Source of the DNA: a virus
Taxonomy: Duplodnaviria > Caudoviricetes
Virus record (IMG/VR): IMGVR_UViG_3300042363_000641
Span: 1 to 31,944 of that record
Length of the DNA: 31,944 bases
Strand: one strand, 5' to 3'
The translations under genes and the position numbers were made by a program. Below the pieces are notes generated by a model that did no database searches, had not been told where the DNA came from, and saw only the letters and a program-made list of their open reading frames with translations. Below are positions 1 through 9,667 of the stretch, one piece after another. How positions within the stretch are numbered: the first letter of the stretch is position 1; each line of letters begins with the position of its first letter.

Positions 1-3000
1 TCTTTGCCTCCAGCTTTGAACCTGCGTTCCAGTTCTGCGTGGGCAGGGTCGGATTCAACACCCCGCGCCCGAGAGAAGCGGATGTCTTGTGATGCCGGAT
101 TGAACCGTTGGGACGGAGGAATGATGTTGCCGGACTCGTCCCTCGTAACCAGAGCGGCAGACTTGATCTGCTCTGGATTAGCTACCGCAACCTCTTTGAA
201 TTTCCTGTAGTCGCTACTGATGTCTCCTTTCCAGTTTACAACAATCGAAGTTGCGATTCCTTTATCAAACAGGAACGAAGCCGCCTTCCCTGAGTCGGGA
301 GTTTCTATTGTTTCTTTATCAAGGCCAAGTGCCGTTATGTCTTTTTCGGTATACCCTTGAGCAAGAAGACCGTCTCTTTGCTGCTTTTTGCTTTCGACTG
401 TCTGCCGCACAAGGATTCCAGCCCTTCTTGCTTCCAATGTATCAGGTCTTTTGTTTCCAGTTTTGCTGTATGCGGAATTGATGGTTTCTTGGAGATCAAG
501 CCAAGACGCGAACTCATCAACAAGCCCTCTTTGCTTTATGAGATCAAAGGCTTGATTCGCATTACTTAGCGTGATTGGCTTGCTGCCAAGATCAATCCTT
601 ATTAGATCAGTGCTTCTGGTGATGTTTTCAGGAAGCTGGTTGAATCGCGGAGATGACGCAAATGCGATCACATCCTCAACTGTTCCGTCGAGAACAGCGT
701 AATACGCAGCGCCGAGATTGCCGCTTCTGCTCGGGAGTAGCGGAACCCCTTTATCGTAGAATCCGGCTCGCACTCCCTTTTCCTTATATGCAGAGCTGTC
801 TGCCGCTTTATTTATGATTGCCTGCAAAGCATCTGCATTCTTCTCTGGATCTTTCGCGAGTTCAAGATACTCAGCATCCATCTCGGTTGTCACCCCCCGC
901 GCCAGGGAGTATTGCTCACCCATTGTAATCCCAGTAGGTCTTGCTTCAAACTTTGCGTCTTTAACAAACACGCGGGAGCCAACCATGATTGCTTCAGACC
1001 CACCAACCACGGCATCCTTACTGCGGGTATCCACAAAATAACTGGAACGAATTGGATTGTAGCCGACTTCGGTCCATGCATTCGGATCATTGATGTCTGC
1101 TGGAAGATCGGTAATTGGTTCGTAGTTTCCTTTAACTGTAGCTAATCGAAATTTGCCAGCACCCTTTGCGATAGTGATTGCCCCGCCCTCCCGCACATCA
1201 CGGGTCATGAATTTCGGATCTTTAACCTTGGCTATTCCGGAAAAAGCCACAACCTCTCCAACAGCTTTGGCGGAATCCGCAACAGGAAGGTGAGTCGTGA
1301 TGGCGTAAACCGTGTCTCCTGCTGCCGTGGATTTATTGTAAGTTGGGATGTCTATTCTGAATTCATACTCAGAGCCAGACTGTAGCCTTTGATTTCCAGC
1401 ACCGTCAATCAGTCCAACTTTTCCAACTTTATCCGATTGTATGTATTGTTTGATTTTATCGTCAGTGGGGATTGGGTCCGCCCCTTTGGGTGTAAACGGA
1501 TCAAGCGCATCCACCAAGTCTGCATATTCACCAGCAGTGATCTCCCCGTTTTTCATTCTCACTGCCGCAACAGCGAGTTGAGGATTCCGCGCAATGACTT
1601 TATTGGATGTGGCTTTGTTGAAAGCAGTTTGCTCTTCGCTTGTTCTTGGGTCGTATTGCCGCACATCCCCTCGCGCCCGAGACTGCACGACATCCGTGTT
1701 CGACAGCCGGACATCCCCTTTGTTCTCGCGCATCAGATCAAGCAGCGTGGAGTACGACTTCTCCGCATCCGATCCTTCTGTCGTCTTTTGCCCGGACAAC
1801 AGGCGCGTGAGAGAGTTGACGAACCGCTCAAAGAAGTTCCGCTTGGAGCCCTCCTTGTACTCGGACAAGAACTTCTGGAACGCCTTGCTGGTTGTGGCAT
1901 GCGCGTGATATTCGGACAGGCTGGACACTCCGTACAGGATGTCAAACAAGGCGTAGTTGTTCTTGCTCGCAGCAAGTGCGATCAGCTTTTCAAGATCCGT
2001 CTCCTTGGTTTTCAGTACGCTTTGACCCAGCGAGATTGCGTTCTTTGTCGCCGCCTCCATCTGCTTCTGGAGATCACCAAGAATCCGCTTCTGCGCCTCC
2101 GTCTGTGGATCACGGATGATCTTCTCGCCGGAAGCGTGGACGAGTTCGTGCAGGATTGTCTCCTCAATCCCGAGTTCGTGCGGGCCGTCGAGGTTGATGT
2201 ACGCCGTGTTCGTCGCCGGATCGTACCATCCGTTGACTCGCTCATCGCCCTTCTTGATGCGCGGATCATTGCTGGCAACAAGAACGATGGACGTTCCAGA
2301 TCCTTCCAGCACGCTCAGTAGATCCTTGGCGATGCGAGCATGGTGTGGCTGCGGAGGCTTGGCTGCGATCTTCTTCAGTGCGCCGATGACAGACTCCGGG
2401 TCGTTGGACTGAATCCCGAGCTTTCCGATCTGCTTTGCGATTCCAACCTTCCTTGCCTCGCCGGGAGTGATCCGCTTCTTCTTCGGTTTCTGGCGTTCCT
2501 CTATCTCGTCGTTCTGCTCATCCATGAACACGACGACATCCTGCTGCTCGGGTGGAACCTCTGGTTTCTGTTCCTGCTTCGCCGTCTCAACTTTTGCTGG
2601 CGATGGCTGGGAGATCGAGTCAAGCCAAGACGACAGGGTTTCGCTTGGCGAAAAGTTCCCGCGAACCGCATCCCATAGGCGCGTGAGCTTCGCCGCTAGC
2701 TCGGAGAAGAACTTCTCAATTAGAGAGCGCGGCTCTTCTTTTGTTGCAGCCCACTTTGCAACTTCGTCCGCAAACCACTCAGAGAATTCGGAGCGGTATC
2801 TTTCCCACGAAGAGTCCCTTTGCCTTGATGGCGCTGAAGGATTCATCCAATCCTCATCAGTCATCCACTCCCAAATACGGCGCTGATCCGCTACCGTCGG
2901 GGTTCCGGACTGACCGTACTTTTCGCCAAACCAGTTCCAGTATTCATCAACGATTGCGTCCTTTGTTTTCTTTGGTGCGTTTTCGTACTCAAGCTCCATG

Positions 3001-6000
3001 ATTGCATGGCCGATTTCGTGAGCCATCACGGATGGTTTCCCTGTTTTTCCAATAACGACGGTCTTATTCGTCTTGATCCACATCCCGCCAAGCGTACTGT
3101 TTCCGTTAATCAATTCCTGTATATTTGACTTGTTTTTGTTGTAAAACAACTGCTCTAGTCTTGTCGCCTTTCCTGAATCCAGCTTTGTTTTCCATTCAGC
3201 ATCAAGGCTCGCCATCGCCTCCTCTGGAGTGATCGCCTTAACGCCAGCGACCTTCAGCGCCGGGAACATTCCAATCAGCGCATTCCCATAACCAACCGGA
3301 TCAGCCTTTACTTCTTCGGCTTGCTTGGCGCTTTCTTGCTCGGCACCCCGCCCTCTTTGATCCACTTCCGGCAGTCCCACTTCGGGTCTTTCTTGGCGAA
3401 GCACGCCCTCATCTGGCTTTGGTTTTTGAACGGCATCGGGTTTTGTGGGTTTTGGTTGCTTTGCTTTTACTGGCTTTTCAACGAGAGCTTCTGCGGCTGG
3501 CGCTTCCTCTCCTTTGAACACGTACAGTTCGCCTTCTTTGACGTAGCCTTTTGGGATGCCTCCTCCTATGGCGTTGATGTAATCCTGACCAACTGGTTGT
3601 TTATCTCGAACGGCTAAGTCGCCAAGCTGTCTGATTAGCTGAGGATTTGCGGCGACCATTCGCGCTGTTTGTTCTGCTTTTCTCTGCTTCCGCTTACGGT
3701 AGTCGGATTTTGGATCAACTACAACTTCGTCCAGTGGTATTGGATCTTGAAGCCCCTGTAGCAAAACCATCTGCTTTCCTTCTGCGGTAAAGATGTTGTC
3801 AATGCGGCGAGTAATTCTGTCGTCTCCTCCTTTTACAAAGACTTCATCTCCTTTTTCCGGGGTCATCTGTTCCGGTTTCGTCGCATCGCGGGCGGATGGC
3901 GCTTCCTCTGGAGCTTTCGTTTCTACTGGCTGTTGCTCCGCCGTTGGCTCGACAGTGGTAGGCTCGGCAGCCTGCTTCACCGAAACTTCCTCCGCATTTA
4001 CAAGTGCAGCGGGTTCGGCGGCTGGAGTCTTTACTTCCACAATCCTATTCCCAGCATGCATCCCGGCATACGCCTCGTATCCAGGAACGTCGTCGCGGGG
4101 TTGCCAGAGTTCCAATGGAAACCGCCCAACCGCAGGTTCAGTGTAAAAAGGAACTTTAGTCCCAGATTTTTCTGCGCCGCGCTTTCCGTTACTTATCCAA
4201 GTGAGAGTGGCTGTTCCGTCTTTAAGGACGACACGAGGCTTCGCGCCTTCCGGGTAGTCTACACCAGCAATTGACAGGGCGGAAGCCGACGTATCAAAGT
4301 ATACCGTGCGAACAGACCGCTCCTTTTTCCCCTTGTCCCCTTCGTGCCCCGGCAGGTTGCGTTCCGCCTTGACCCGTTCTGTCGTTCCATCAGGAGATAC
4401 TGTGTAGACGCTACCCAGCTCCGTAACAAAAGTTGCCGTCGGGGATGCCGTGGTTGGCGCGACATCGGATTGCGGTGCGACATTCGGCGCGACATCGCTC
4501 GGCGCTTTCTCAACGACAGGCAGATTGAACTCAGGTTTCGGAAGTCCTGCTTCTGCCGCTTTTGCAAGAGCCTCAAGCGCTGCCGCCGTCTGACTGGTGT
4601 CTGGAACATCCGCAATCGCTTTCGCTGTTTCTGCTGCCTGTTGAACAGCGGGATCAGTGGATTGGACGACTGGTGCGGGTGCCTTGTTTTGCGTTCCGCG
4701 AACCAAGTTGATGACGGACATCGGAGACACCGAAAGTCCCGCCTTGACGCTGCTGAATGAGGCGGTGTCGAGCTGCTGATTAAGTTCGGATGGCACATCT
4801 TTCCAATCAAGCGAACCCTTTTTTTGCAGCTTCCTCTCCATTATATCAGCAAACAATTCACGCATATCAGGATCAATCGAAGCAACGCCGCTTTGAATGC
4901 CTGAAATGATTTCTAAAGACAGATTTTGATTGGGCGCGGGTGCTGTAGGCGGAGTTGTTGGCGCAATCGGCGGCGGCGCTGGTTGCGATGGCGGCTCGAC
5001 ATCAGGCGCAACAGTCGCATCGGCTCCAAGGATCTCAGCCTGCATCTGCTGAGCGGTGATTCCCGGAGCGGTAGCTCTCGCCTGTCCGACGACGTTCGAT
5101 CCACCACCAGCGATAAATCCAAGAAGTCCGGCGTACAGAGCCTCATTGATAACATCCGAAACCTTGCGATTCTGCGCTTCCGGCGATGGGTTGGTTGCGT
5201 ACTGCGAGATCAGGTTGAGCGTCTGATCCAATCCTTCTTCGACGCCTTCGTGGAGCGAGTCCTTGGCGATCCCGCTGGCGATACTCCGAGCAAGCTGTCG
5301 TCCCTCTTGCGTTGTCAGCACATCACGAACCCCGGATTTCACAATGTCGCGGACTGTGAACTCGCCAGCCTTCCGGCCCATGGACGCAAAGTCTTCCACG
5401 CCACCACGACCGAGTACGCCGAACGTATGCGTCAGCGCCCCAGTAATTGCGCCTGCCGTGATGCCTGCCGTCCGAGCGATGCCGATGGATTCCTCCGGGG
5501 ATTTGCCCATGGCGCGGACCTCGGTATAAACCTGTCCGAAAGTCGATCCGGCGGAAGTGAGTCCAGCGTAAGCGGAACCGATTGCCCGTTGTGTGCCAAT
5601 GCCACCCTTGAGTGGATTGTTCGACATCGTCCGAGCAGCTACCTCCAGCGCCCCGGTCGCAACATCGTCAGCAGCTTGAGCCGACAGATTTGGAATCAGC
5701 TTCGCCAGTTCCGTCTTCAGTGCCGCCTTCTCGCCAGTGACCATTGCTTGCCGAATCGCGGTACGGGCTGCGGCTTTGGAAAGACCAGTCCTCGCAGAGA
5801 ATGCCGCTGCCTGAGAGAAGGACAACGCACCTCCGCTCATGATGCCGATTACCATCTGAACAGCAAGGTCCGGAAGAATCCGCGCAACGTCACCAGTCAG
5901 TTTGATTGCGCCTGCGCCACCAGTCCGATTGGCGACAGCTTCCTCTGCTTGCATCTGCCCGTTCTGAACCATCGTGGCGTAGCGAACATCCTCGGCATCC

Positions 6001-7358
6001 TTCACGCTTCCGAACATCCCAAGAATGGCGCTCGGTGTCATGATGACATTCATCCCGCCTTGCTCTAAAGCAGTTCTGGTTTGTCCAATGAACTCACCAA
6101 CGTCGTCGTACCAAGCCTGATCCTTCTTGTCCTTGTAGTACCGAGTGATCGCTTTTGCCATGTCCTCCCGTTTCACAACGTCCTTGGCGTAGTCCTTCCG
6201 GAAGTCATCCCGATTGGCGAGCAGGTTGTTGTAGATGTCACCAGCAACGGCATCAGCAAACTGAGTCCGCGCTTCTTTGGCAAGGTTCTTCGCTTCGTCC
6301 GGCGCATTCGCCTTATCGACAGCGGCGTTGTATCCTTCTGCATCAAAGAACAGATTCGGATCTTGCACGCGAACTTCCGGTGCAACATCCTTGTTCTTCA
6401 CGCGGACGGTGGAGTCCAGTTGCTTGACGTACTCCTCAACGCTTGTCGCCTTGCTCACCCAGCGGTTGACGGCGGTTGGCGCATTCTCAATCAACGCCTC
6501 CATGTAGTCCTGCTGGACTTGCTCATCGCTCAATCCGTACTTCTTCTGGTACTCGTTGATCGCGGCGAGCGGCTTGTATTGAGCATCAGCCAGCGGGTTG
6601 TACCGAGCGTTCGCAGCCTCAAGTATGGACGACTCCATGTCCACATACTCGGGATCAACGACACTCCACACGCCTTCCTTGTTCTTCTTGAGCGCCGGGG
6701 ACTGTGGAGTTCCGATGTCGGCACCAAAGACTTCCGTTCCTTCTTGGATCGCATTGACCACCTTGTCGGCAACATCCCGCGTGATGACAGAGTTCGCCAG
6801 TTCGCGGCGGCGGGTAACGGTCGCGGACTTCTCCATCTCGGGGCGCAACCCGGCGTAGAGCATCTTGATGTCTGGCGGCGCATCGGATTCAAGAATCGCT
6901 TCCCTGTACTTCTGTGGATCGTTGACGATTGTCGGATTGAACACCATCTGCCCGCGAACGAATGCCGCGTTCCGCTTTCCTTGCAGCACCTCGCCCTGGA
7001 TAGCGTTGTCCTCTGGCGTTGGCTTTTGCGAAGCAAATGCCTTCTGCGTATCCTGGAATGCCGTGGAGAACGAGTTGTAGTCCGCCAAGATATCCTCATC
7101 GGATGGTCCGACAATGTCATCGGACGCAAGGTTCTTCCGGGTGCGGATGTCCAGTAGCTTGAATTGGCTGAACGTATCCGGTTCGTCGAAGTCTCCATCT
7201 CGGATTCCCTTGGCGATTGCCTGCTGCGACCACTTGTCATATTCAGCAACCCTCTGTTCAGCCGGAAGCGAGAAGATGTTACTTTCCTCGGCTACCTGTT
7301 TCCAAGGCTTGATGGGTTCTGGCTGAGGTGCGGTGCCAGTCGAAGTCGGAGCGTCCAT
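1..7358 (-). CDS. Giant internal virion/ejection 'polyvalent' protein, at least 2452 aa, 3' end outside the window
   Basis: ATG at 7358 (MDAPTSTGTAPQPEPIKPWKQ...). Manual translation stays in one frame to position 3 (...ELERRFKAGGK); it is absent from the ORF track because there is no stop in the window. Contains a Gly/Ala-rich region with EGVEEGLDQ (~5225-5250), HEIGH (3006-3020), HELVH (2136-2150) and an ART-PolyVal-like end EVAVANPEQIKSAALVTRDESGNIIPPSQRFN..DIRFS. Confidence 0.88.
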   Translation of the reverse strand, partial: MDAPTSTGTAPQPEPIKPWKQVAEESNIFSLPAEQRVAEYDKWSQQAIAKGIRDGDFDEPDTFSQFKLLDIRTRKNLASDDIVGPSDEDILADYNSFSTAFQDTQKAFASQKPTPEDNAIQGEVLQGKRNAAFVRGQMVFNPTIVNDPQKYREAILESDAPPDIKMLYAGLRPEMEKSATVTRRRELANSVITRDVADKVVNAIQEGTEVFGADIGTPQSPALKKNKEGVWSVVDPEYVDMESSILEAANARYNPLADAQYKPLAAINEYQKKYGLSDEQVQQDYMEALIENAPTAVNRWVSKATSVEEYVKQLDSTVRVKNKDVAPEVRVQDPNLFFDAEGYNAAVDKANAPDEAKNLAKEARTQFADAVAGDIYNNLLANRDDFRKDYAKDVVKREDMAKAITRYYKDKKDQAWYDDVGEFIGQTRTALEQGGMNVIMTPSAILGMFGSVKDAEDVRYATMVQNGQMQAEEAVANRTGGAGAIKLTGDVARILPDLAVQMVIGIMSGGALSFSQAAAFSARTGLSKAAARTAIRQAMVTGEKAALKTELAKLIPNLSAQAADDVATGALEVAARTMSNNPLKGGIGTQRAIGSAYAGLTSAGSTFGQVYTEVRAMGKSPEESIGIARTAGITAGAITGALTHTFGVLGRGGVEDFASMGRKAGEFTVRDIVKSGVRDVLTTQEGRQLARSIASGIAKDSLHEGVEEGLDQTLNLISQYATNPSPEAQNRKVSDVINEALYAGLLGFIAGGGSNVVGQARATAPGITAQQMQAEILGADATVAPDVEPPSQPAPPPIAPTTPPTAPAPNQNLSLEIISGIQSGVASIDPDMRELFADIMERKLQKKGSLDWKDVPSELNQQLDTASFSSVKAGLSVSPMSVINLVRGTQNKAPAPVVQSTDPAVQQAAETAKAIADVPDTSQTAAALEALAKAAEAGLPKPEFNLPVVEKAPSDVAPNVAPQSDVAPTTASPTATFVTELGSVYTVSPDGTTERVKAERNLPGHEGDKGKKERSVRTVYFDTSASALSIAGVDYPEGAKPRVVLKDGTATLTWISNGKRGAEKSGTKVPFYTEPAVGRFPLELWQPRDDVPGYEAYAGMHAGNRIVEVKTPAAEPAALVNAEEVSVKQAAEPTTVEPTAEQQPVETKAPEEAPSARDATKPEQMTPEKGDEVFVKGGDDRITRRIDNIFTAEGKQMVLLQGLQDPIPLDEVVVDPKSDYRKRKQRKAEQTARMVAANPQLIRQLGDLAVRDKQPVGQDYINAIGGGIPKGYVKEGELYVFKGEEAPAAEALVEKPVKAKQPKPTKPDAVQKPKPDEGVLRQERPEVGLPEVDQRGRGAEQESAKQAEEVKADPVGYGNALIGMFPALKVAGVKAITPEEAMASLDAEWKTKLDSGKATRLEQLFYNKNKSNIQELINGNSTLGGMWIKTNKTVVIGKTGKPSVMAHEIGHAIMELEYENAPKKTKDAIVDEYWNWFGEKYGQSGTPTVADQRRIWEWMTDEDWMNPSAPSRQRDSSWERYRSEFSEWFADEVAKWAATKEEPRSLIEKFFSELAAKLTRLWDAVRGNFSPSETLSSWLDSISQPSPAKVETAKQEQKPEVPPEQQDVVVFMDEQNDEIEERQKPKKKRITPGEARKVGIAKQIGKLGIQSNDPESVIGALKKIAAKPPQPHHARIAKDLLSVLEGSGTSIVLVASNDPRIKKGDERVNGWYDPATNTAYINLDGPHELGIEETILHELVHASGEKIIRDPQTEAQKRILGDLQKQMEAATKNAISLGQSVLKTKETDLEKLIALAASKNNYALFDILYGVSSLSEYHAHATTSKAFQKFLSEYKEGSKRNFFERFVNSLTRLLSGQKTTEGSDAEKSYSTLLDLMRENKGDVRLSNTDVVQSRARGDVRQYDPRTSEEQTAFNKATSNKVIARNPQLAVAAVRMKNGEITAGEYADLVDALDPFTPKGADPIPTDDKIKQYIQSDKVGKVGLIDGAGNQRLQSGSEYEFRIDIPTYNKSTAAGDTVYAITTHLPVADSAKAVGEVVAFSGIAKVKDPKFMTRDVREGGAITIAKGAGKFRLATVKGNYEPITDLPADINDPNAWTEVGYNPIRSSYFVDTRSKDAVVGGSEAIMVGSRVFVKDAKFEARPTGITMGEQYSLARGVTTEMDAEYLELAKDPEKNADALQAIINKAADSSAYKEKGVRAGFYDKGVPLLPSRSGNLGAAYYAVLDGTVEDVIAFASSPRFNQLPENITRSTDLIRIDLGSKPITLSNANQAFDLIKQRGLVDEFASWLDLQETINSAYSKTGNKRPDTLEARRAGILVRQTVESKKQQRDGLLAQGYTEKDITALGLDKETIETPDSGKAASFLFDKGIATSIVVNWKGDISSDYRKFKEVAVANPEQIKSAALVTRDESGNIIPPSQRFNPASQDIRFSRARGVESDPAHAELERRFKAGGK

Positions 7359-7405
7359 GCGTCCTGTAATTACGGGCGCAGGCAGCAAAAATCAAGCAGT
7401 CAGTT

Positions 7406-8443
7406 TCAGAAGAGATCCAACACGGTCTTCTTCTCTGGCGCTTTCTGTTCGCCTTGGAATCCTGCCGCCTCCTTTTGCATGTCCAAGATGCGAGCCTTTT
7501 CATCTTCCGGAAGATCATCAAATTTCTCACCCCTGATGTATCTTTCCATGGCCGACTGCATCATCCGCTGGCGAGACAGATCAAGCCGTTGCTCCGATTC
7601 ACTCGCCCTTCGCTGCTCGCGCTCAATCTCCATCTGCCTCCGCTGGTTCTTCGCCTTGGCGATGTACTCCGAAACCTTCATCCGATCTGCGTCATCCTTG
7701 ATCTTCTCCCCGATGTAGGACTTCGTCACCGGATCAAAGACTGGCTCGACGTACTTCCCGCGCATTGCGGCGTTGGCATTCGGGTCCGTTTGCAGGATGG
7801 TGTCGATGGCATCCACGGCTTCTTGATCCTGCTCAAGCTGAAGGGCGCGGACATACGCTGCCTTTCTGCGGGCTGGCGCTGGCATCTTCGCCAAGGACGG
7901 ATCTTCTGCGAATGACTCGTATGCAGTGAACGTCCGAGGGTTGTTCGTGATCCGCTGAAGCTGACGGACGTACATATCATCCGAAGCCATACGATCCGTT
8001 TCGTAAGCACGGCGCTGTTTCTCAAACGCGGCTTGCTCGGGCATGTCCTGCATTTCCTGCCGAGCTTGCGCTGTGCGATATTCGTTTGCTACTCGCTGAG
8101 CTTCTTGCGCCTGCGGCAAGTTCTCCATATCACCGAGAGCCTGCTTCTGTCCGAGCTGAGCCGACGCAATCGCCAACTGTTCGGAGTATGGAAGGATTCT
8201 GCCCTGCGATGCAAAAGACTGCCGTTGATATGCGCCGCCAGCCAGCTCCGTTGCTAGCTTATTCCTGCGGGAGAGGATGTCCTCGCGCTCTGTCATCTGC
8301 TCACCAAGCAATGCAGGCGAGTCGTACTGCCCAAACGGAGACATGGTTTTCAACGCCGGGGATGGCGGAAAGAACTGCGCAGGCTCCGGTTCTCCGAAGA
8401 ACTCGGATCTGGCTCTGGCGATTGGTTTCGGAGGAGGTGCCAT
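7406..8443 (-). CDS. Putative internal virion (ejection) protein
   Basis: 345 aa, Q/A/E/R-rich and likely helical. Lies between the giant virion protein and the tail genes, as in podovirus core-protein clusters. Confidence 0.6.
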   Translation of the reverse strand: MAPPPKPIARARSEFFGEPEPAQFFPPSPALKTMSPFGQYDSPALLGEQMTEREDILSRRNKLATELAGGAYQRQSFASQGRILPYSEQLAIASAQLGQKQALGDMENLPQAQEAQRVANEYRTAQARQEMQDMPEQAAFEKQRRAYETDRMASDDMYVRQLQRITNNPRTFTAYESFAEDPSLAKMPAPARRKAAYVRALQLEQDQEAVDAIDTILQTDPNANAAMRGKYVEPVFDPVTKSYIGEKIKDDADRMKVSEYIAKAKNQRRQMEIEREQRRASESEQRLDLSRQRMMQSAMERYIRGEKFDDLPEDEKARILDMQKEAAGFQGEQKAPEKKTVLDLF

Positions 8444-8444
8444 C

Positions 8445-9665
8445 TTATCGGAGAGGTGGGGCGTATGGCGTTGAGTCTCGCCAGTTTACTGTCGGTCTAG
8501 GCTTAGGTCGCCATTCATTTCTGGTTTTGATTGTGGCTGCATTTCTCTTCCTCATTGCATCAGCGAATCCTTGGGTTCTTTGTGGCATCCGTCCAAGCAT
8601 AAGGCTTTCATTCCTACCAGCCAGTGTGGAATAGTACGCTTCGTCCTCAGCCTTTTCCACATTGGCAGCTTTCTGCATAGCGGCAGCAGACTCAAATTGA
8701 CCAGACTCCAGATTCGCGACCTCCGCATCATACTTCCGCATCTGCGCGTCCGTCTCTTTGTCGTAGTTTTCCGAGAACGCTTTCTGCTCCTTCCCGAATT
8801 GCACCCGGCTCGCCCAGCGGTCTTCTGCTTTTCGCTTCGCAGACAGATCGCGGTCAAGCAACTGAAGTCTCCTCTGCTGTTCTTCTTTCTGGCGCATCAC
8901 CACGGTTTCCGGCTTTGCCTCGTACTGCTGCTTGGCGTTTTCGTAATACTGCCTGCCAGCATCCGTCATAACTGGTTGACCTGCCGTATTCGTGAACGTG
9001 AGTTTGTTGGACTGCTGCTCTGGTGGTTGCTCTGGCAGAAAATTACTGGTAGCGCGAAGCAGTTCCTTGCTTCCAAAGTCATTAAGCGGAACCCCTGCCT
9101 TGTATGCAGCAAGCAGGACACTGTCTTTTTGTTCCTGCGTTTTCGCTTTACCCCAGATGTCCGTAAATTGACTTGCGAGTTCAGGACGCGGAGCGGGGCT
9201 GCCCTGCTGTTGAGCTGGCGTAGCTGGAGCGCCACCAGGGACTGTCGTCGAAAGCGCAGCTGGCGGAACCCTCTGGCTGGACGGAGCTTGCGGTGCCATG
9301 TCTTGCGCTGGCTGCATTGGTTGACGCTGAGCCGCTTGCCGGAAGTCATATCCACCAACGCCGACAGCTCCGCGCTGGGATGCCTGACGAAAATCAAACC
9401 CGGCGAGCCCAGTCTTCTCTGGCTGTTGCCCTGCGGCGAACATGCTTTGCTCGTACCTGCGCTGCCCGGTTTGCGCCAACTGATCGAAGGAACCAGAGAC
9501 TCCGACTGGCATTCCCATCTTATCTGCCTGCTGAGCAACGGTCATCGCACGACCAAAGTCTCCAGAAGCACGCGCCTGCCGATACTGCTTGTTGAGCAAG
9601 GACTTGTCCCGGAAGGCTGTTTCTCGCGCCTGCCGCATTGCTGGTGATTCGGAAAGTGAAGCCAT
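8445..9665 (-). CDS. Putative internal virion (ejection) protein
   Basis: Likely start MASLSESP at 9665, 2 nt after the upstream stop. Q/A/P-rich, with internal repeat GFDFRQASQR/GYDFRQAAQR. Assignment rests on synteny. Confidence 0.6.
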   Translation of the reverse strand: MASLSESPAMRQARETAFRDKSLLNKQYRQARASGDFGRAMTVAQQADKMGMPVGVSGSFDQLAQTGQRRYEQSMFAAGQQPEKTGLAGFDFRQASQRGAVGVGGYDFRQAAQRQPMQPAQDMAPQAPSSQRVPPAALSTTVPGGAPATPAQQQGSPAPRPELASQFTDIWGKAKTQEQKDSVLLAAYKAGVPLNDFGSKELLRATSNFLPEQPPEQQSNKLTFTNTAGQPVMTDAGRQYYENAKQQYEAKPETVVMRQKEEQQRRLQLLDRDLSAKRKAEDRWASRVQFGKEQKAFSENYDKETDAQMRKYDAEVANLESGQFESAAAMQKAANVEKAEDEAYYSTLAGRNESLMLGRMPQRTQGFADAMRKRNAATIKTRNEWRPKPRPTVNWRDSTPYAPPLR

Positions 9666-9667
9666 GA

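Noticed and set aside
1389-7157. Long plus-strand ORFs (1389..2321, 4926..6068, 6081..7157 and others)
   Set aside because: Antisense shadows of the giant minus-strand gene, with R/L/V/H-rich unnatural composition and no motifs.
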